Shown here in pieces: positions 26,648 through 40,225 of a stretch of DNA of 64,000 nt. The first letter of the stretch is position 1; the number at the start of each line of letters is the position of its first letter. Origin of the DNA: Isurus oxyrinchus (Eukaryota); assembly GCA_026770705.1 (NCBI GenBank), contig JANJGN010000034.1, positions 4,278,001 through 4,342,000 of the forward strand, read 5' to 3'. The notes beneath the pieces were generated by a model. That model saw only the letters and a list, made by a program, of their open reading frames with translations, was not told the origin of the DNA and did no database searches. A program made the translations under genes and the position numbers.

Positions 26648-27569
26648 GTAATTAAAAACATGTTAATGGTGTTTTTAGGATGGCATCCCGCCATATAATG
26701 AATAAAACAGGAACACCCCGCCGACGACTGCCGTTGCCCAGCAGCTAATTTATGCTCCATAGAGCATTAGTTTGTGTCAGGTGGGCCATTCGTCCCTCAG
26801 CCGGGAGAAAGGCGTGCATCAGGCAGCTACCGTCTAACCTGATAGGGCTGCAGCTCTCCATTCATTGCACCGAGAGCTGGAGTGAGCAAAAATGAAATCC
26901 TAGAAGACATCATTGGCAAAGTCAAGAAATGGGAGCTGCCAGGCAAGTTCAATGCGGAGCGGTACGATTAGATTGTGTGGTGATGGGATTTGGCGGTGTG
27001 TGGGTTGGTTCTGGGGCACCAGGTAGTGATTGGTTTCACGGGGGATAGGCTGTGAAAAGTGGGGAAGGGCGGAAAGTCTGGAGTAATTGGGGGTGCATCC
27101 GATTTCAAAAAGTGTGTTCTAATGCTTCTAATGGAGGATCCACCAACACCCTCACCCCCCCCCCCCCCACCCCCCACCCACAACACCCACCCCTCCCCCA
27201 GCAGATTCTCACCTTCTACCTGGAAATTAACTTCATGACGACTTACCGGGCGGAGTTTCAGCCTTCACACCTACCTAAAAATTTAGCCTGCTCTGGAAGG
27301 CGACTGAAGTGGCCACTAATTACCCACTTCAGGGCTTCACTTGCAGAAACTACGGACTTCCATTTTGTGGCATTCCCACAGTAGCATAGAATAGCTGTGT
27401 ATTCGCAGCTCGTGGGAAACCATAGGCAAAACAATATCTTGAAATTAGCGCTCCTCAACGCTCCTCACCATTCCCTGCCCCGCTCCCCACATCACCAAGC
27501 CTTAAAATATCTCCGGTGGGGAACATAAAATAACTCGTCTCATTGTGATTATCCGCCTTACCCTCACAG

Positions 27570-30500
27570 TGCTACAATTCGTTCCTTATGTGGAATCCAC
27601 CCAAATTGCCCTTCAAAATATACATTATCGTGGTCCACTGCAATTTTTACAACTTGAGTCCAGAGGCTTTCTACCCTCTGAGAAAGAGAAACAAATCTTC
27701 TTATCGCGGTTTTAAATAGTGAGCCCCCGCTCTATATTCCCCACAACAGGAAACATGCTGTCCAAATTCACCCTGTTAATACCTCTCGGCGTTTTAATGG
27801 GTTCAAATAAATTGCCTATATATTTTCTAATGTCCAGGGGATAGAAGCCTAGCCTGTCCAACCTTTCCTGATAGTGCATCCCTCCTATCCCTAGTATTTG
27901 ATTTGTAAATCTTCTCCGAGCTGTTTGCAACATATTTACATCGTTAATTAAGGAGAAGAATACAGAACACAATAATTGAAATGTGGTCACGCCAGTTTCC
28001 AGTATGACTGAAGCAAAACTGTGCCACTTTGATATTTGATTCACTTGTCAATAGACACTAACGTTCTACGTGTTTTTTGTTTTACCTACCAGTTGTGGCT
28101 CCATATTAACCATGTAATAATAATAACAAGGGCACCCAATTCTCTCTGCAACTCAGAGCTCTGCGAATTCTCACCATTTAGATAATATGCTGCTTTTGTG
28201 TGCTCCCTCCCAAAGTAGACACATTTTTATTTTTTTCCAAATTTCATTCCATTCACCATTTCTTTGCTCAACCACACGGCCTACCTATGTCTTTTCGTGA
28301 CCCCATGATGTCCTCTTCACAACTTACTTTCCTACTACATGTGTAATGAGCAAACTTAGTAAACATACAAATGGCCCCTTCATTCAAGGTATTGATATAA
28401 TTTGGAAAAGGTTGAGGCCCCAGCACTGAACCCTGCGGCACACTGCGTGTATAAAACTGACAGTGAGAAACACAGATTAACTTAAATCTGGTTTCTGTTC
28501 CTGTTATAGAGCCAATCTTCAATCAGTGACAGTATGTCACCCCCTGAACCACGAGGATTTATTTTTCTCATGAACCTTTGATGTCGCAACTTAACAAGTG
28601 CTCTTTGGAAATTAAGTTTAGTCCATTCACTCGTTCCCCTTTTGCCACAAAATATGTGACTTCTTCGAAGTCCTTCATTAAATTGCACAGATATAATTCG
28701 CTTGCAAATAGCCATGTTGAGTCTATCTGATTACTTTGAATATTTTGTCAATGCCCAACAATAGCATATTTAATAAAAGCTTATATGATTGGTAATAAAC
28801 AAACTGTCCTCTACTTTCGTCTGGTCTGTCTGTCCTCTTCTTTGATTAAATGTTGAATTTGCTAATTTCGAATCTCATGGAAACTTCCATAAATCTAGCG
28901 TATTTTGGTGAACAAAAGTCAACCCATCAACTATCTCACCAGCCACGTTACTGAAAGACAATAACAATATGTCCATCAGGGACCAAAGATTTATCGGTTT
29001 CCAGCTGCATCAGATTCCTTAATACCACTACACTTGTGATCGTAATTTTCATGAGTCCTTCACTCGCTTCCAATTCCTGATCAGCAGGTAAAACAGTGAT
29101 GTCCCTTGTATCTTCTGTAGCTACGACTGATGCAAAATACCGTTCAAATCTATCTGTCATCTCCTTGTTACCTTATACATTAATTATGCACATTTCATGT
29201 AACACCAAAGCTCATCATGCAAAATCTTAACCTTCTTAAGTATATATAGACACCCTTAAGTGTTTTTAACAATTCGAGTTTGCTTCCCTTCGCACTCGAT
29301 TTCCCTGTCCTTATTGAGATGTTAGTTTTTATGTGTTGTTCTTTATAGTCTGTCATTCAGTTTTGACCTGCCATCCATTTTTGCACGATTACATGTTTTA
29401 TTTTTCTTTAACGTTGAGACTATATTTAACATTTTGATTAACTTCTGATGATCAATTAGCCCATGCACTTTGTGTGATTAATTTTCTGAGTACTCAGAAA
29501 TACCCCTTTAAATGTGTGTCACTGCATCTCAACTGACCAAACCATTAGCACCATTTGCTAACACAGTTTAGCTGTTGCTGCTTCACACCCTCATAATTTC
29601 CCTGATTTAATTTATAATGCGAATTTTGGCCCTACTCTTATTTCCTTCAAAGTTAATGTGAAAATGATTTCCATTATTGTTGCTTCTACCTAAGGGCGCC
29701 GTTACACCAAGATCATTAATTAATCGTGCCTTATTGCACAAGACCATGTCCAGTATAGCGTGCCCTTTGGCTGGACAGATAATGTGCAATTCAAAAAAAA
29801 AAATCCCTCAAATTCTCTTTGAATTCTCCATCTATGCAAACTTAATTTCTCAATTGTCCAATGTAGTTGAAGATTGAAATCCATAAGGCTGATGCTGTGC
29901 CTTTGTGAAAAAAAACTTCCATTATTCCTTTCTTGATATGCCATGCTGCCATCTGGTTATTGCTGGAGCATTGTAGCAACTCCCACAAGTGATTTATTGC
30001 CTTTACCATTTTTATCTCTATCCAAAGAGCTGATAAATTCTGATTTCCGGAGCAGAGTTCATCTCTCTCCATCAAGGCAATAACATTAGTAATTATCATG
30101 GATGACCCTCCACCTTTTCTGGCCTCGTGGCCTTCCAACTCACCATACACCGTCTGACAGGCTGGTGCCGATATATGTGATCCAGCAACGTTGTCTTTGT
30201 AATAGCAATCGGATAGCATATATTTATGGCTATTCTCTCCGAAGTTCACATATTCTTTAACGGACATCCCATGTGTTCAGAGACAAACCACAAGTTTCAT
30301 TATTCTTTAATCTTTGTAACCAGCAGGCTTACAAGGTCATGTACTTTTAGCTTTGCATGCCATCCCTTGCTGTAACAGTCAGTTAATATTTTTCCACATT
30401 TATTCCCACATTTCGTCCTCGCCATTTCCCTACTCTTTGATTGAACAACTGTTCCCAAATTTCAAGCCTTGCTCCCACTGCTTTGTTTGAAAACCTCTCT

Positions 30501-30720
30501 ACTTCCCCAGTTATGTGGATTGCTTGAATATCGGTACAACACTGTTCAACTTTAGATCATCGAAATGCGACAGAACCAATTTACCCCAGTGCAGGTGTCA
30601 GTGCCCCACAAACTGGAACACACTTCTACGACACGAGCCTTTGAACCACACAGTTATTTCACGGATCATCCCTGTCCAGTGCCAATTTGCATGTGGTTCA
30701 GGTAGTAATCAAAAGGTTAT
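27570..30720 (-). mobile_element. Decayed CR1-type LINE (endonuclease + RT + 3' region)
   Basis: Minus-strand remnants SVPQGSVLGPQPF..YIN..KFA, LSLIEDWLYNR, AILDMVLCN..PLGRS, RRFTNQILGIGGMHYQERLDRLG. Confidence 0.85.
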
Positions 30721-31123
30721 TGAATAAGTCAATGGATCCAGATAACAGTGTTGGGGCATAGAGAGGCCCAAATCAGATTCAGCACTCTCATGCTACAATA
30801 TGGATGTATTGCAACCTCATTTTGCCGAGATTTACTCCTTGCAACTTTCCATTTCCATATTCAGTACGTGCCACACTTTTAATCTCCTTAACTAATGTGA
30901 TTAATGTACTGAATTATTTAACTGGAGAATGGAATGATAGTTAAGACTTTACATTTCCGTATTACATTAAAACATCAATGCCTTTCAAGATGTGTGTTTG
31001 AATGTTCAATCTTAAAGCCCCGTATCAAATTTCTACCATCACCTGGATTATTTGCTTGAGGCATCCGACAGGAATATTATGCAAGTTGACAACATGTTCG
31101 GACGTATTTCCATTTCTCGACAG

Positions 31124-31159
31124 TAAACCTGAAATTGAGAGGCGAGTTGAAAGAAAAAA
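31124..31159 (+). CDS. Micro-exon (36 nt, phase 1-1); VNLKLRGELKEK
   Basis: tttccatttctcgacag|TAAACC...GAAAAAA|gtaaga; ends LKEK like exon 4517-4552. Confidence 0.75.
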
Positions 31160-31933
31160 GTAAGAAATGAAGAGCGTTGCTTGATTTATATTCTGCTGGA
31201 GCTTTAACGGCACATTTACCTCTTGATTCATTGCACAAATACCAATTTAATGTAATTTTATTGTAGAATGCTGCCTTTGGGTAGCAAAATAAAATGATGA
31301 TAACGTACAAACTATCAAGTCAATAGACAGCACCATTCAATTCAAAAGCACTTAAAAACAAGCGGGGCATCTAAAAGGCGGTCAGGGTCATTACGACCAC
31401 CATAAGTCTCTTTGACATCAGTACTTTACATTCTCTGCAATAACACCATGCTAACAGGAGACGTGGATATGTAAGTGCTTAATATGTAACATTGCCCATG
31501 TGCGCTATGCTTTCCCAATTGCAGAAACAAAGATTAAATGCAATGAAGAATGACATAGAAAAAATATATATGCAAATATTGGAGAGAATATCCAAAGCTC
31601 AATCTCAAACTGAACAGACTCTATGGACTAAGGGGGAAGCTTAATAATTAAATACGTAAAGTAAGTGGCTGCAGATAGAGGTAGAGGTAAAATGAGAAGA
31701 AGCCAAGTTACAGGTATCTCATGTGTCACATCAGAATTAAGAAAGAATATTTTGAGAATTGTGTTTTCTTTTTCTCTGCTTCAAACCTCTTGTTATTTTT
31801 AAACATCAAAGCGTTCCCCCACTGAGGCTGTCAGCGTTTTTGGAATGAATTAGAATTTTCTTTGTGCAACCAAAGCATAATAGGTACATATAAATATGGT
31901 AATGATTCTAAATTTGTTGTATGTTTTACACAG

Positions 31934-31954
31934 GTTTCCATCTACAGGGTGGAC
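31934..31954 (+). CDS. Micro-exon (21 nt, phase 1-1); SFHLQGG
   Basis: atgttttacacag|GTTTCCATCTACAGGGTGGAC|gtatgt. Confidence 0.55.
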
Positions 31955-32299
31955 GTATGTTCGATACGGGGGGACATTCAGAAGAGAGATGATCATTACA
32001 CTGCTCATGATTATTACAATGCCATTTTGAAATAATATTTTTTTTTAGTATCTTCTTTTGCATATGCCTAATCGCTGATGCAATACTGTTTTCTTTGCAG
32101 CCAAGTTGTTTTTAATATCACCACCCATGCGTTTTCCGATTGTTGGACATTTCATTTACGAATTGCTGAGTTTTCTGTACGCTGTGAACGTTGCGAACAG
32201 GATTTAGAACTTTTCGATTTAGGTAAACAGATACACATTGAATTAGCTAATCACTCGATACCCAGTTTGACCTACCAGCATGTCAATGGAAGCAGTAAA

Positions 32300-32510
32300 A
32301 CTACATGAGGAACTGCTTGAAAAGCCTACCAGAATCATTAATATCCTTTAGGAAAGGTAATCGTCTTCATTCAGTTATTGCTTAAATGAGACTCCAGACC
32401 CAAAGATCTGTGTTTCAGATTTATCTGCCCACTGAAATTCTGCCAACGCAACTCAGTTCAAAGTCAATTAGTGGTGGGAAATAAATGCTCTACTTATTAG
32501 CGACAGCTTC
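32300..32510 (+). mobile_element. SINE relic, same family as 15320-15630
   Basis: ctttaggaaagg..gactccagaccc..ctcagttcaaagtcaattag..aataaatgct tail. Confidence 0.5.
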
Positions 32511-32519
32511 AACTCATGT

Positions 32520-34075
32520 AACAAATAAGCACCACGTGGTATGTGGAATGCCCTGGGTGCTGTAAAGGCTGGTGGGCCTTGCAATATTCTGGCAAACGGT
32601 ATTGATCATCCGGGCTCCAGAATGAGCTGGACACCTGTAAAGGTTGTCCCAGTACTTCTGCAAAGCTTGCATCTACCAGCCAATGTGATAAATTGTACAA
32701 CTACGTGCCAAGAACAATCAACAGGACATACCCAACACCGCTTATTTCAGCCTATGAATCTACTGTAAATTACATGCAAAATTATGGAAGATTGTGCCAA
32801 ATGCATTATCATGATAAATCCGTTGAATCCTGCTCAGTGTGTATTGAGAGGGCCACTAGCTCCTGAACGCATTACAGTGTTTCAACAAGCAAGGAAAAAT
32901 AAAATGGGATCAAGATGTGATATGGTAGTGATTATCCTTGACACAAAACAATGTTTTTAGTAATCGGGTGACGAAGGAGTACAGGCAAAATAGACTTCCT
33001 GTGAATCTGGGTAGGAACAATCCACTGGTTTTAGCCATATCTTGCACTATTGAAGATATTATGCACATTGGAGGTTAAGCCTTGGACACCGCTGCAGATG
33101 TTCCTCGGTATACGTTTTTCACAGGACAAGTATTTTCAGCTGTTTCATCAATGACATTCTCACCCTCATAACTTCAGAAGTGCTTGGCTGATTGGTGGCT
33201 GAACAATGTTAAGTCCCACTTACAACTGCTGAAATGCTGAAACAGCCCGTGCCGATATGCAGCATGGCTTGCAGAAAATTAGTGCCTGGGTTGCTAGGTT
33301 TAAAGGAATATTCACTCTATGCATTTACCAGGCAATTACCACTTGAAGCCGGAGAGAATGATATGCATCACCCCTTATAAATATACAGCATGGAAAACAT
33401 GTTATTCCTCAATCTCAAAATCGACGGGCCTCCGTTATTTAGGAAGTAATTAGACTAGGCACTAAAACGCAGTGACTACAGGAACAGATCAGAGGATGCA
33501 AATTTGCACCAAATCATTCAACAAATGATTCACATACGACTGATCACCACCTGCCAGGCAGAAGTCAGGGTTTTCATTGAATGTGCTGTACCTGTCTGGA
33601 CGAGAAAAATTACAAAATAGAACGCTAAAGAACCTCAGCTCCACGTAGGTCAGAGTCACCTGCATTTTTGGAAACCCATCTATATCTGTAAATATCTGTA
33701 AACAATAATTTACAGTAGTAATTATGCAAATCAGACATAAGATGCGCCACAGTGCTTCACGTATGATCTTTTGATAGCACCTTCAAAAAATGATGATTTA
33801 TAACTTTTCGATGGACAAGTTCTGAAACAGCATGTGGACAAAGCTACATATAGGTTTTCGCCAAGCACGATCTTGATTTGAGCTATATCGCTATTATGTA
33901 CCCGTCACAGTGTAAACCTTCTGGAACTTCGTCCTGAAAAGAACATTGGGTGCAGCTGAACATCAAGGACAGGAGCATTGAAGAATGCAACAAACATCTT
34001 TTTCTAAATGGCAATTAGCGATGGTCAACAAGTGCTGGCCTAGACAGAGGCAATCATATTTACGACATTTTAAGG
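32520..34075 (+). mobile_element. Decayed CR1/L2-group LINE, RT through 3' end
   Basis: 33250-34060 is colinear with the better-preserved copy at 47250-48095, including the ggcaattag..tgctggcctag tail. Confidence 0.6.
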
Positions 34076-34313
34076 AAACAGGATCCAACTCTGGCATTAT
34101 GATTTTTTGCCGAACTTTCTGCATGATCTTTGAAATTTCTGGATATGTTGGTCTCTGGTTCTCTGGGACCACTTGTCGATCTTCTGAGCTTTTGCATGCG
34201 TCATCTGTTCACATGCCTTTGCATACTGTCAGACGTCAAGTGTTAGAGTCATTGCCGACTGCTTCCAGATGGCTTAATAAATGTGCGTTTTATTCATGTG
34301 GATATCTTTTTAG

Positions 34314-34346
34314 CTCTGATATATGGGTGTAGCAGCACTTCACCCA
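34314..34346 (+). CDS. Possible additional micro-exon (33 nt, phase 1-1); xLIYGCSSTSP
   Basis: atatctttttag|CTCTG...CACCCA|gtaatt; symmetric and open, but no paralog support; not counted in the 20-exon model. Confidence 0.3.
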
Positions 34347-36169
34347 GTAATTGTGTGGTCCCTGTTTATACGACTGGCAATTACACAATAGATGTTACCA
34401 TTCCAAGCGCAGACATTGCTGGATTGATAATTAATCTTTTCGGAAAGACTTCGTGCATTATAGGCCCCTTTATGTAGCTCACTTTGCCTGATACCCAGGA
34501 TACTTCTGAAACAGCGAAGCAGCAAAACATTATATCCCCTTTGTTACCTGCAATATGTGACAGTAATGACAAAGCTTTCAATAAAGGCATGGAGGAAGTT
34601 GTGTTGGTAGACTTCGAGTTTAGTCTCCTCAGGCACGTTCATTTTATTTCAAAACATCTTACTCAGATTGAATGTAACAACTCTAACTAGTCTTGGATGA
34701 AGCAGCAAATGTGTTATGTGCGTTTTGATTTCAGCAGCCAAGTTCAGTATTATACCGCTGAATGTGGCACACAGATATGTAAAGTTTCAAAGATGCTCCA
34801 GTGTTGATTTGCTGAATATGGCATTCTTACAAAACACTGGACGATGATATTCGCCTTTCTGATGCTGGTTGTTTTACAAAGATATTGATTTGCGTGACAG
34901 GGTTTGCACATTTGCTGGTCACAATTTTCATCGGATTCACTCTGACATAATCACAGTAGAACAACTTTTAACAAGTCAATAGTTCACTATTGCCTTGGAT
35001 ATCAGGCAGGCAAGATTAAGCAGGTGTATCTGCATTACGGAATTTACCTGAACATCTTCTGAGGATGACAGAGTGACACATGACAGCATAATAACATGCC
35101 GAAGGATTGCGGCTTTGGAATTCAACCCAGCAGAAACCTCTGCAGATCGCAATGGTTTGTGATTATGAATCCCCATGACGGGCTTTACCGATTATGTTGG
35201 CATTTAAATAGTCCATAGAATTAGACAGTTTAGTGTGACATCAGATGTTTTAAATTTCAGTTTAATTTTGCAGCATTTGCCCCTATGTTCGAAAGACTTG
35301 CTGAGATGGGACAAGGCAAACAAAGTACCCTCCTTTGGTTATTGCAATGTGTTTGCAATACCTGAATGTATAAGGCATTACTTAAGCTGGTTTTCCCTTT
35401 GGGATAACCGCGATTCTGGTTAGATGCGCTCATGCTAAAGGTGCAGAGTGACAATAAGATTTATCCAACTATGTTGTTCGTGTAGGTTATTTATTGAAAT
35501 AGGCGCGACAGTACACTCCTGAAAGTGGTTACAAAGTTTGCAAAACACTATACTTTCTACAATCATGCACACCCACGGCCGACCAGGCAACACACCCCAT
35601 GCCCACCCTGCTGCACCCATTTCAGCAGAAATAGATAATTGATACCAGAGACGTGAATATTGCCCTTCGTTGATGAGTTCAGGAAACATGGAAACATCAA
35701 ATGGAAATTTGTCAATCGCAAGTGAGCAAATACGTTACTTCATTCAATCTGAACATGTGTACCTTAATCTTGACTACCCGCCTTGAATGTTTTAGAACTT
35801 ATGCCCATACAGGTATAGAACGATGCAATTAACTTTAACTAGTCTAAGTGAAATAAATGTCGTAAGATAAAATGTAACTAAGTAAAAAAATATATAACTA
35901 AATGAAAAAAAAGTCTCTGTTAAGACAGCCTAGCTTCAAAAGCTTTGGGTTTCAGGAATGTGTCAAATATGCAAGAAGTGATACCACAAAAGATGCTTCC
36001 TGACATCACAGCGAATTATGTAACTGTAATATCATGATCTCCGTGCACCACCAGCAGCCCCGACCCCCCTCTGCAACTGCTGCACACGCAGATGCTTTTG
36101 AAACAATTGGAAATTGACCTTGTCAGCGGTATCGAGCGGGGAACAGCAGGCCACATCCTAAGTATTATA

Positions 36170-39090
36170 AAAGCTAAAAGCTGCAGATTTGTTGCAAAAC
36201 AAAAACGGAATCAGAAAAACCTGGAAACCCTCAGCAGGTCCAAAAGCATCGGTGGAGGAGAGCACAGTTGACGTTTCGATTCCTCATGACCCTTTATCAG
36301 AACTAAGTAAAAAAAGGAAAGGAGTAATGTTTTAGCTGATTTAAGGAGGAAAGGTGGGTGGGTGGCTTGTTGGGAGAAGCAGCCAGTAATAGGTGGAGAT
36401 AAACAAAATATGTCACGGGCAGAAGGACAAAGAGGAGTTGAAGGTGGTGATATTATCTAAAGCAATGTGCTAATTAAGAGTAGAAAGCAGGACCGACACT
36501 GCACAGATAGATCTAGTGGTGGTAGGGGAATACTAAAAAAGCTAAAAGGTAGAGATAAACAATGGATGGAAATGCATTATAAATAATGGAAATAGGTGAG
36601 AAAATAAATATCGATATAAATTATAGGAGAAAAAAAGAAAAAGGAGGGTGAAGAAATGGAAAGAATGTGGGGATGGAGAGAGAGTTCAGAACCTAAAATT
36701 GTTGAACTCAATATTCATTCTGGAAGGCTGTAAAGTGCCTGGTCAGAAGATGAGATGCTGTTCCTCTTGGTTGCGTTGAGTTTCACTGGAGCAAAGCAGC
36801 AGGTCAAGCACAGACATGTGGGTATGTGAGCAGGGTGGAGAGTTGAAATGGCAAGTGACATGGATGTCTGGGTAATGCTTGCGGACAGAACGAAGGCATT
36901 CCACAAAGCAGTCATCCAGTCTGCGTTTGGTCTCTCCAATGTAGAGGAAACCACTTTGTGAGTAACAAATGCAGTAGACCAAGTTGATGGAAGTGCAAGT
37001 GAAATGCACCTTCACTTGAAAGGAGGTTTTGGACATTGGACGGTGAGGAGAGAGGAAGTGAAGTGGCAGGTGTTGCATCTTCTGAGGTTGCATGGTAAGG
37101 TGCCATGGGAGAGGGCAGCGAAGTACTGGGTGCTGGAGCAGTGGACCAGGGCTTCAAGGAGGGAACAAACCCTATGGAATGCCGCCAGGCTTGGTGAAGC
37201 AAAGATGTGTTTGGTGGTGGCATCATGCTGCATTTGGCAGAAATGGCGGAGGTTGATCCTTTGAATGTCGAGGCTGGTGGGATGGTAAGTAAGGAAAAGG
37301 GGGACTCTATCATGTTTCTAGGAGCGAGGAGAAGGCGTGAGTGTGGATGCGTGGGAGACGGACTGCACATTGATAATGGATCTGTCAACCACCGTGGGTG
37401 GAAATCGTTGGTTGAGGAAGAAGGACAGTATGTCAAAGGAACTGTTTTGAAAGTGTCATCATTACAAAAGATGCAACTGAGACGAAGGAACTGAGAGAAT
37501 GGGATGGAGTCCTTACAGGAAGTAGCGTGTGAGGAGCTGTAGTCGCGGTAGCTGTGGGAGTCTTTGCACTTCTAATGGATATGGGTGGTAAGTCTATCAC
37601 CAGAAATGAGACAGAGAGGTCAAGGAAGTGAAGGAAGTGTCAGATATGGACCTTTTGAAAATGATGGAGGGGTGGATATTGGAAGCAATGTTAATAAATT
37701 TTCCAAGTACTGAGGACAGCATGAAGCAGCACCAAAGTAATCATCGATGTAGCAGAAAAAGAATTGAGGGAGGGGGCCAGAGTCGTACTGGAACAGGGAA
37801 TGTTATACACACCCCATAAAGAGACAGGCAGAGATGGTGCCCATGTGGATACCCGTAGCCACAACTTTTATTTGGAGGATGTGAGAGGAGTTAAAGGAGA
37901 ATTTGTTCAGTGTGAGAACAGGTTAAGCCAGATGGAGGAGCGTAGTGGTGGTTGGGGATTGTTCAGGCATCTGTTCGAGGAAAGAGGTTGGGAGAGTATC
38001 AGGTTGGAACTGTGGATGGAAGTTTTGCAGAGGAGATGAGGTCAGTCACAGTCCTGGAAACAATGGCTTGATGTTCAGTGGTAGTGTTATGGTGCAGGAA
38101 GAGCTCGGAGGAAGTGTCTGTGAGTTGACGCTCAGCCTCCATGAGGTTGAGGTCAGTGCGCCAGACAACAACAGCACCACCCTTGTCAGCGGGTTTGATG
38201 AAAATGGTAGGGTTGTACCTGAGAGTACGGAGAGTTCAGAGAGAGGCAGGTTAGAATGAGTGAGAGAAGCAGAGAAATTGAGACGACTAATGTCACACAA
38301 AAGTTAACAATAAAAATATTAAGAGAAGGTAAGAATCCAGAGGGTGGTCTCCAGGTGGAGGGAGAATATTGTAGATGATAAAAGGATCCATTGAACAGGG
38401 AGAGGACCCCTGCAGAAAGTAATGCGCATGGTGCCGAAGGCGGCAGCAGAAGAGTTCAGCATTGTGCCGATCCCGAAATTCATTGAGGTGAGTGCGTAAG
38501 GGTATGAAATTATGTCCTTTGTTGAGCACTGAAATTTCCACGTCGGAGCGGCGAAGGTCTGGGGGTATAGTGAAAATATGGCCGGGGCTTGTACTTGAAG
38601 ACGGGATGGGGAGAGAGGGAAAGGCTGGGGTGGAGGTTCCTGGATGGGTGTTGGTGTCGATGAGTTGTTGGAGCGTGCTTTCTTTAGCACTTGAGAAAAT
38701 GAGAAAAAGTTTCCAATAGAGGCATCGGATGAGACGAAGAATAAAATGAAATTGGGGGCACGCACAGCTTTGAAAATGGGTGCAGCAATGCTGCTGAAGT
38801 GAGATGACGAGTGTATTCATATGGCGGTGCATGGCACTGAGTGTGCATCTCAGAATGCGATGGCAACAGCAGTCCAAGAAAGGTTGTATGTCTCTGAGAT
38901 ACCTGTATTCCTGGGTGGGTTCAAAACATGAGGGATAGAATTTCAGTTCAAATTCAAGTCGGGTAAGATGGAGATGGAGATAGTCACTGAGAGTGGAGAT
39001 GTGGCTGCGAAAGCGTGTTTTAGTAAACACCTTGTCAAACACTATGTGAGAATTGGAAAGCAATGAAGGTGAACAAGGCAAAAGAGAGTT
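36170..39090 (-). mobile_element. Near-full-length Penelope-like retroelement (N-terminal region, RT, GIY-YIG endonuclease), frameshifted
   Basis: Minus-strand FTCTSINLVYCICYSQSGFLYIGETKRRL..F.E (GIY-YIG), PCNLRRCNTC linker, N-terminal SVLNKGHNFIP; RT region colinear with 40488-41348. Confidence 0.9.
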
Positions 39091-39174
39091 ACGAAAGTAT
39101 GGATGGGGAGTAGTAGAAAACTACTTGAATGTAGGCATATCGTGAAGAGAATTGGCTGTCAATTAAACAAAAGA

Positions 39175-40225
39175 TAAAAGCAAAAAACTGCGGAACTGGA
39201 AATCCAAAACAAAAAAAAAGAACAGAAATACCTCGAAAAACCCAGCAGGTCTGGTAGTATTGGAGGAGGAGAGCACAGTTGACGTTTCGAGTCACCATGA
39301 CCCTTCAAAAAAACTTTGAAAAATAGGAAAGACATGTAATATAAGTGGGTTTAAGGGGTGGTGGGGAGCGGGATCTTTTGGGAGAAGCGGCGAGTAATAG
39401 GTGGAGATAACCAAAAGATATCACAGACAAAATGAAAAAGTGTTACTGAAGGTAGTGACATTATCTAAAGAAATCTGCTAATTAAATGTAGAAAGCAGGA
39501 CAGACAAGGTACAGAGAGCTTTGGGGGTTGGGGGCAGGGTTGGGGGAACACTAAAAGGCAGGGATAAATAATTGTTGGAAATACTTTTAAACATAATGGA
39601 AATAGGTGGGAAGATAAAACTATAAAAAATCTTGGAAAGATCGAAAAGAAGGCGGAAGAAATGGATAGTGGGTGGGGATGGAGGAGATAGTTCAAGATCT
39701 CAATTTTTTAAAGTCAATCTTCAGTATAGAAGCCTGCAAAGTGCCAGGTCGGAAGATAAGGTTTAGTTCCTTCAGTTTGCGTTGAGCTTCACTAGAAAAA
39801 TGCAGAGACCCAGGGAAAGGCATCTGCGCATGAGAACAGGGTGGAGTGTTGAAATGGCAAGCGACAGGGAGCTCTGGGTAATGCTTGGGGATAGACCACA
39901 GGTGCTCTGCAAGCGGTCACTCAGTCTGTGTTTGGTCTCTACAATATAGAGGAAACCACCTTGGGAACAACAAACGGAGTAGATTAAGTTGAAATGCTGC
40001 TTCACTTGCAATGAGTGTTTGCGCCCTTGAACGGTGGGGAGAGAGGAAGTGAATGGGCATTTGTTGCATCTTCTGCAATTGCAAGGGAAGGTGTCGTGGG
40101 AGGGGTTTGAGGAGTTGGGGATGACGGAGGAGTTGACCAGAGTATCACAGATGGAATGATCTCGACGGCATGCTGCTGCGGGGGTGAGTGGAAATTGTGT
40201 TTGGTGGTGGCATCTTGCTGGCAAA
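39175..40225 (-). mobile_element. Second, 5'-truncated Penelope copy (GIY-YIG + 3' terminus) in direct tandem
   Basis: Repeats the 36170-37230 segment; PCNCRRCNKC..LIYSVCCSQGGFLYIVETKHRL. Confidence 0.88.
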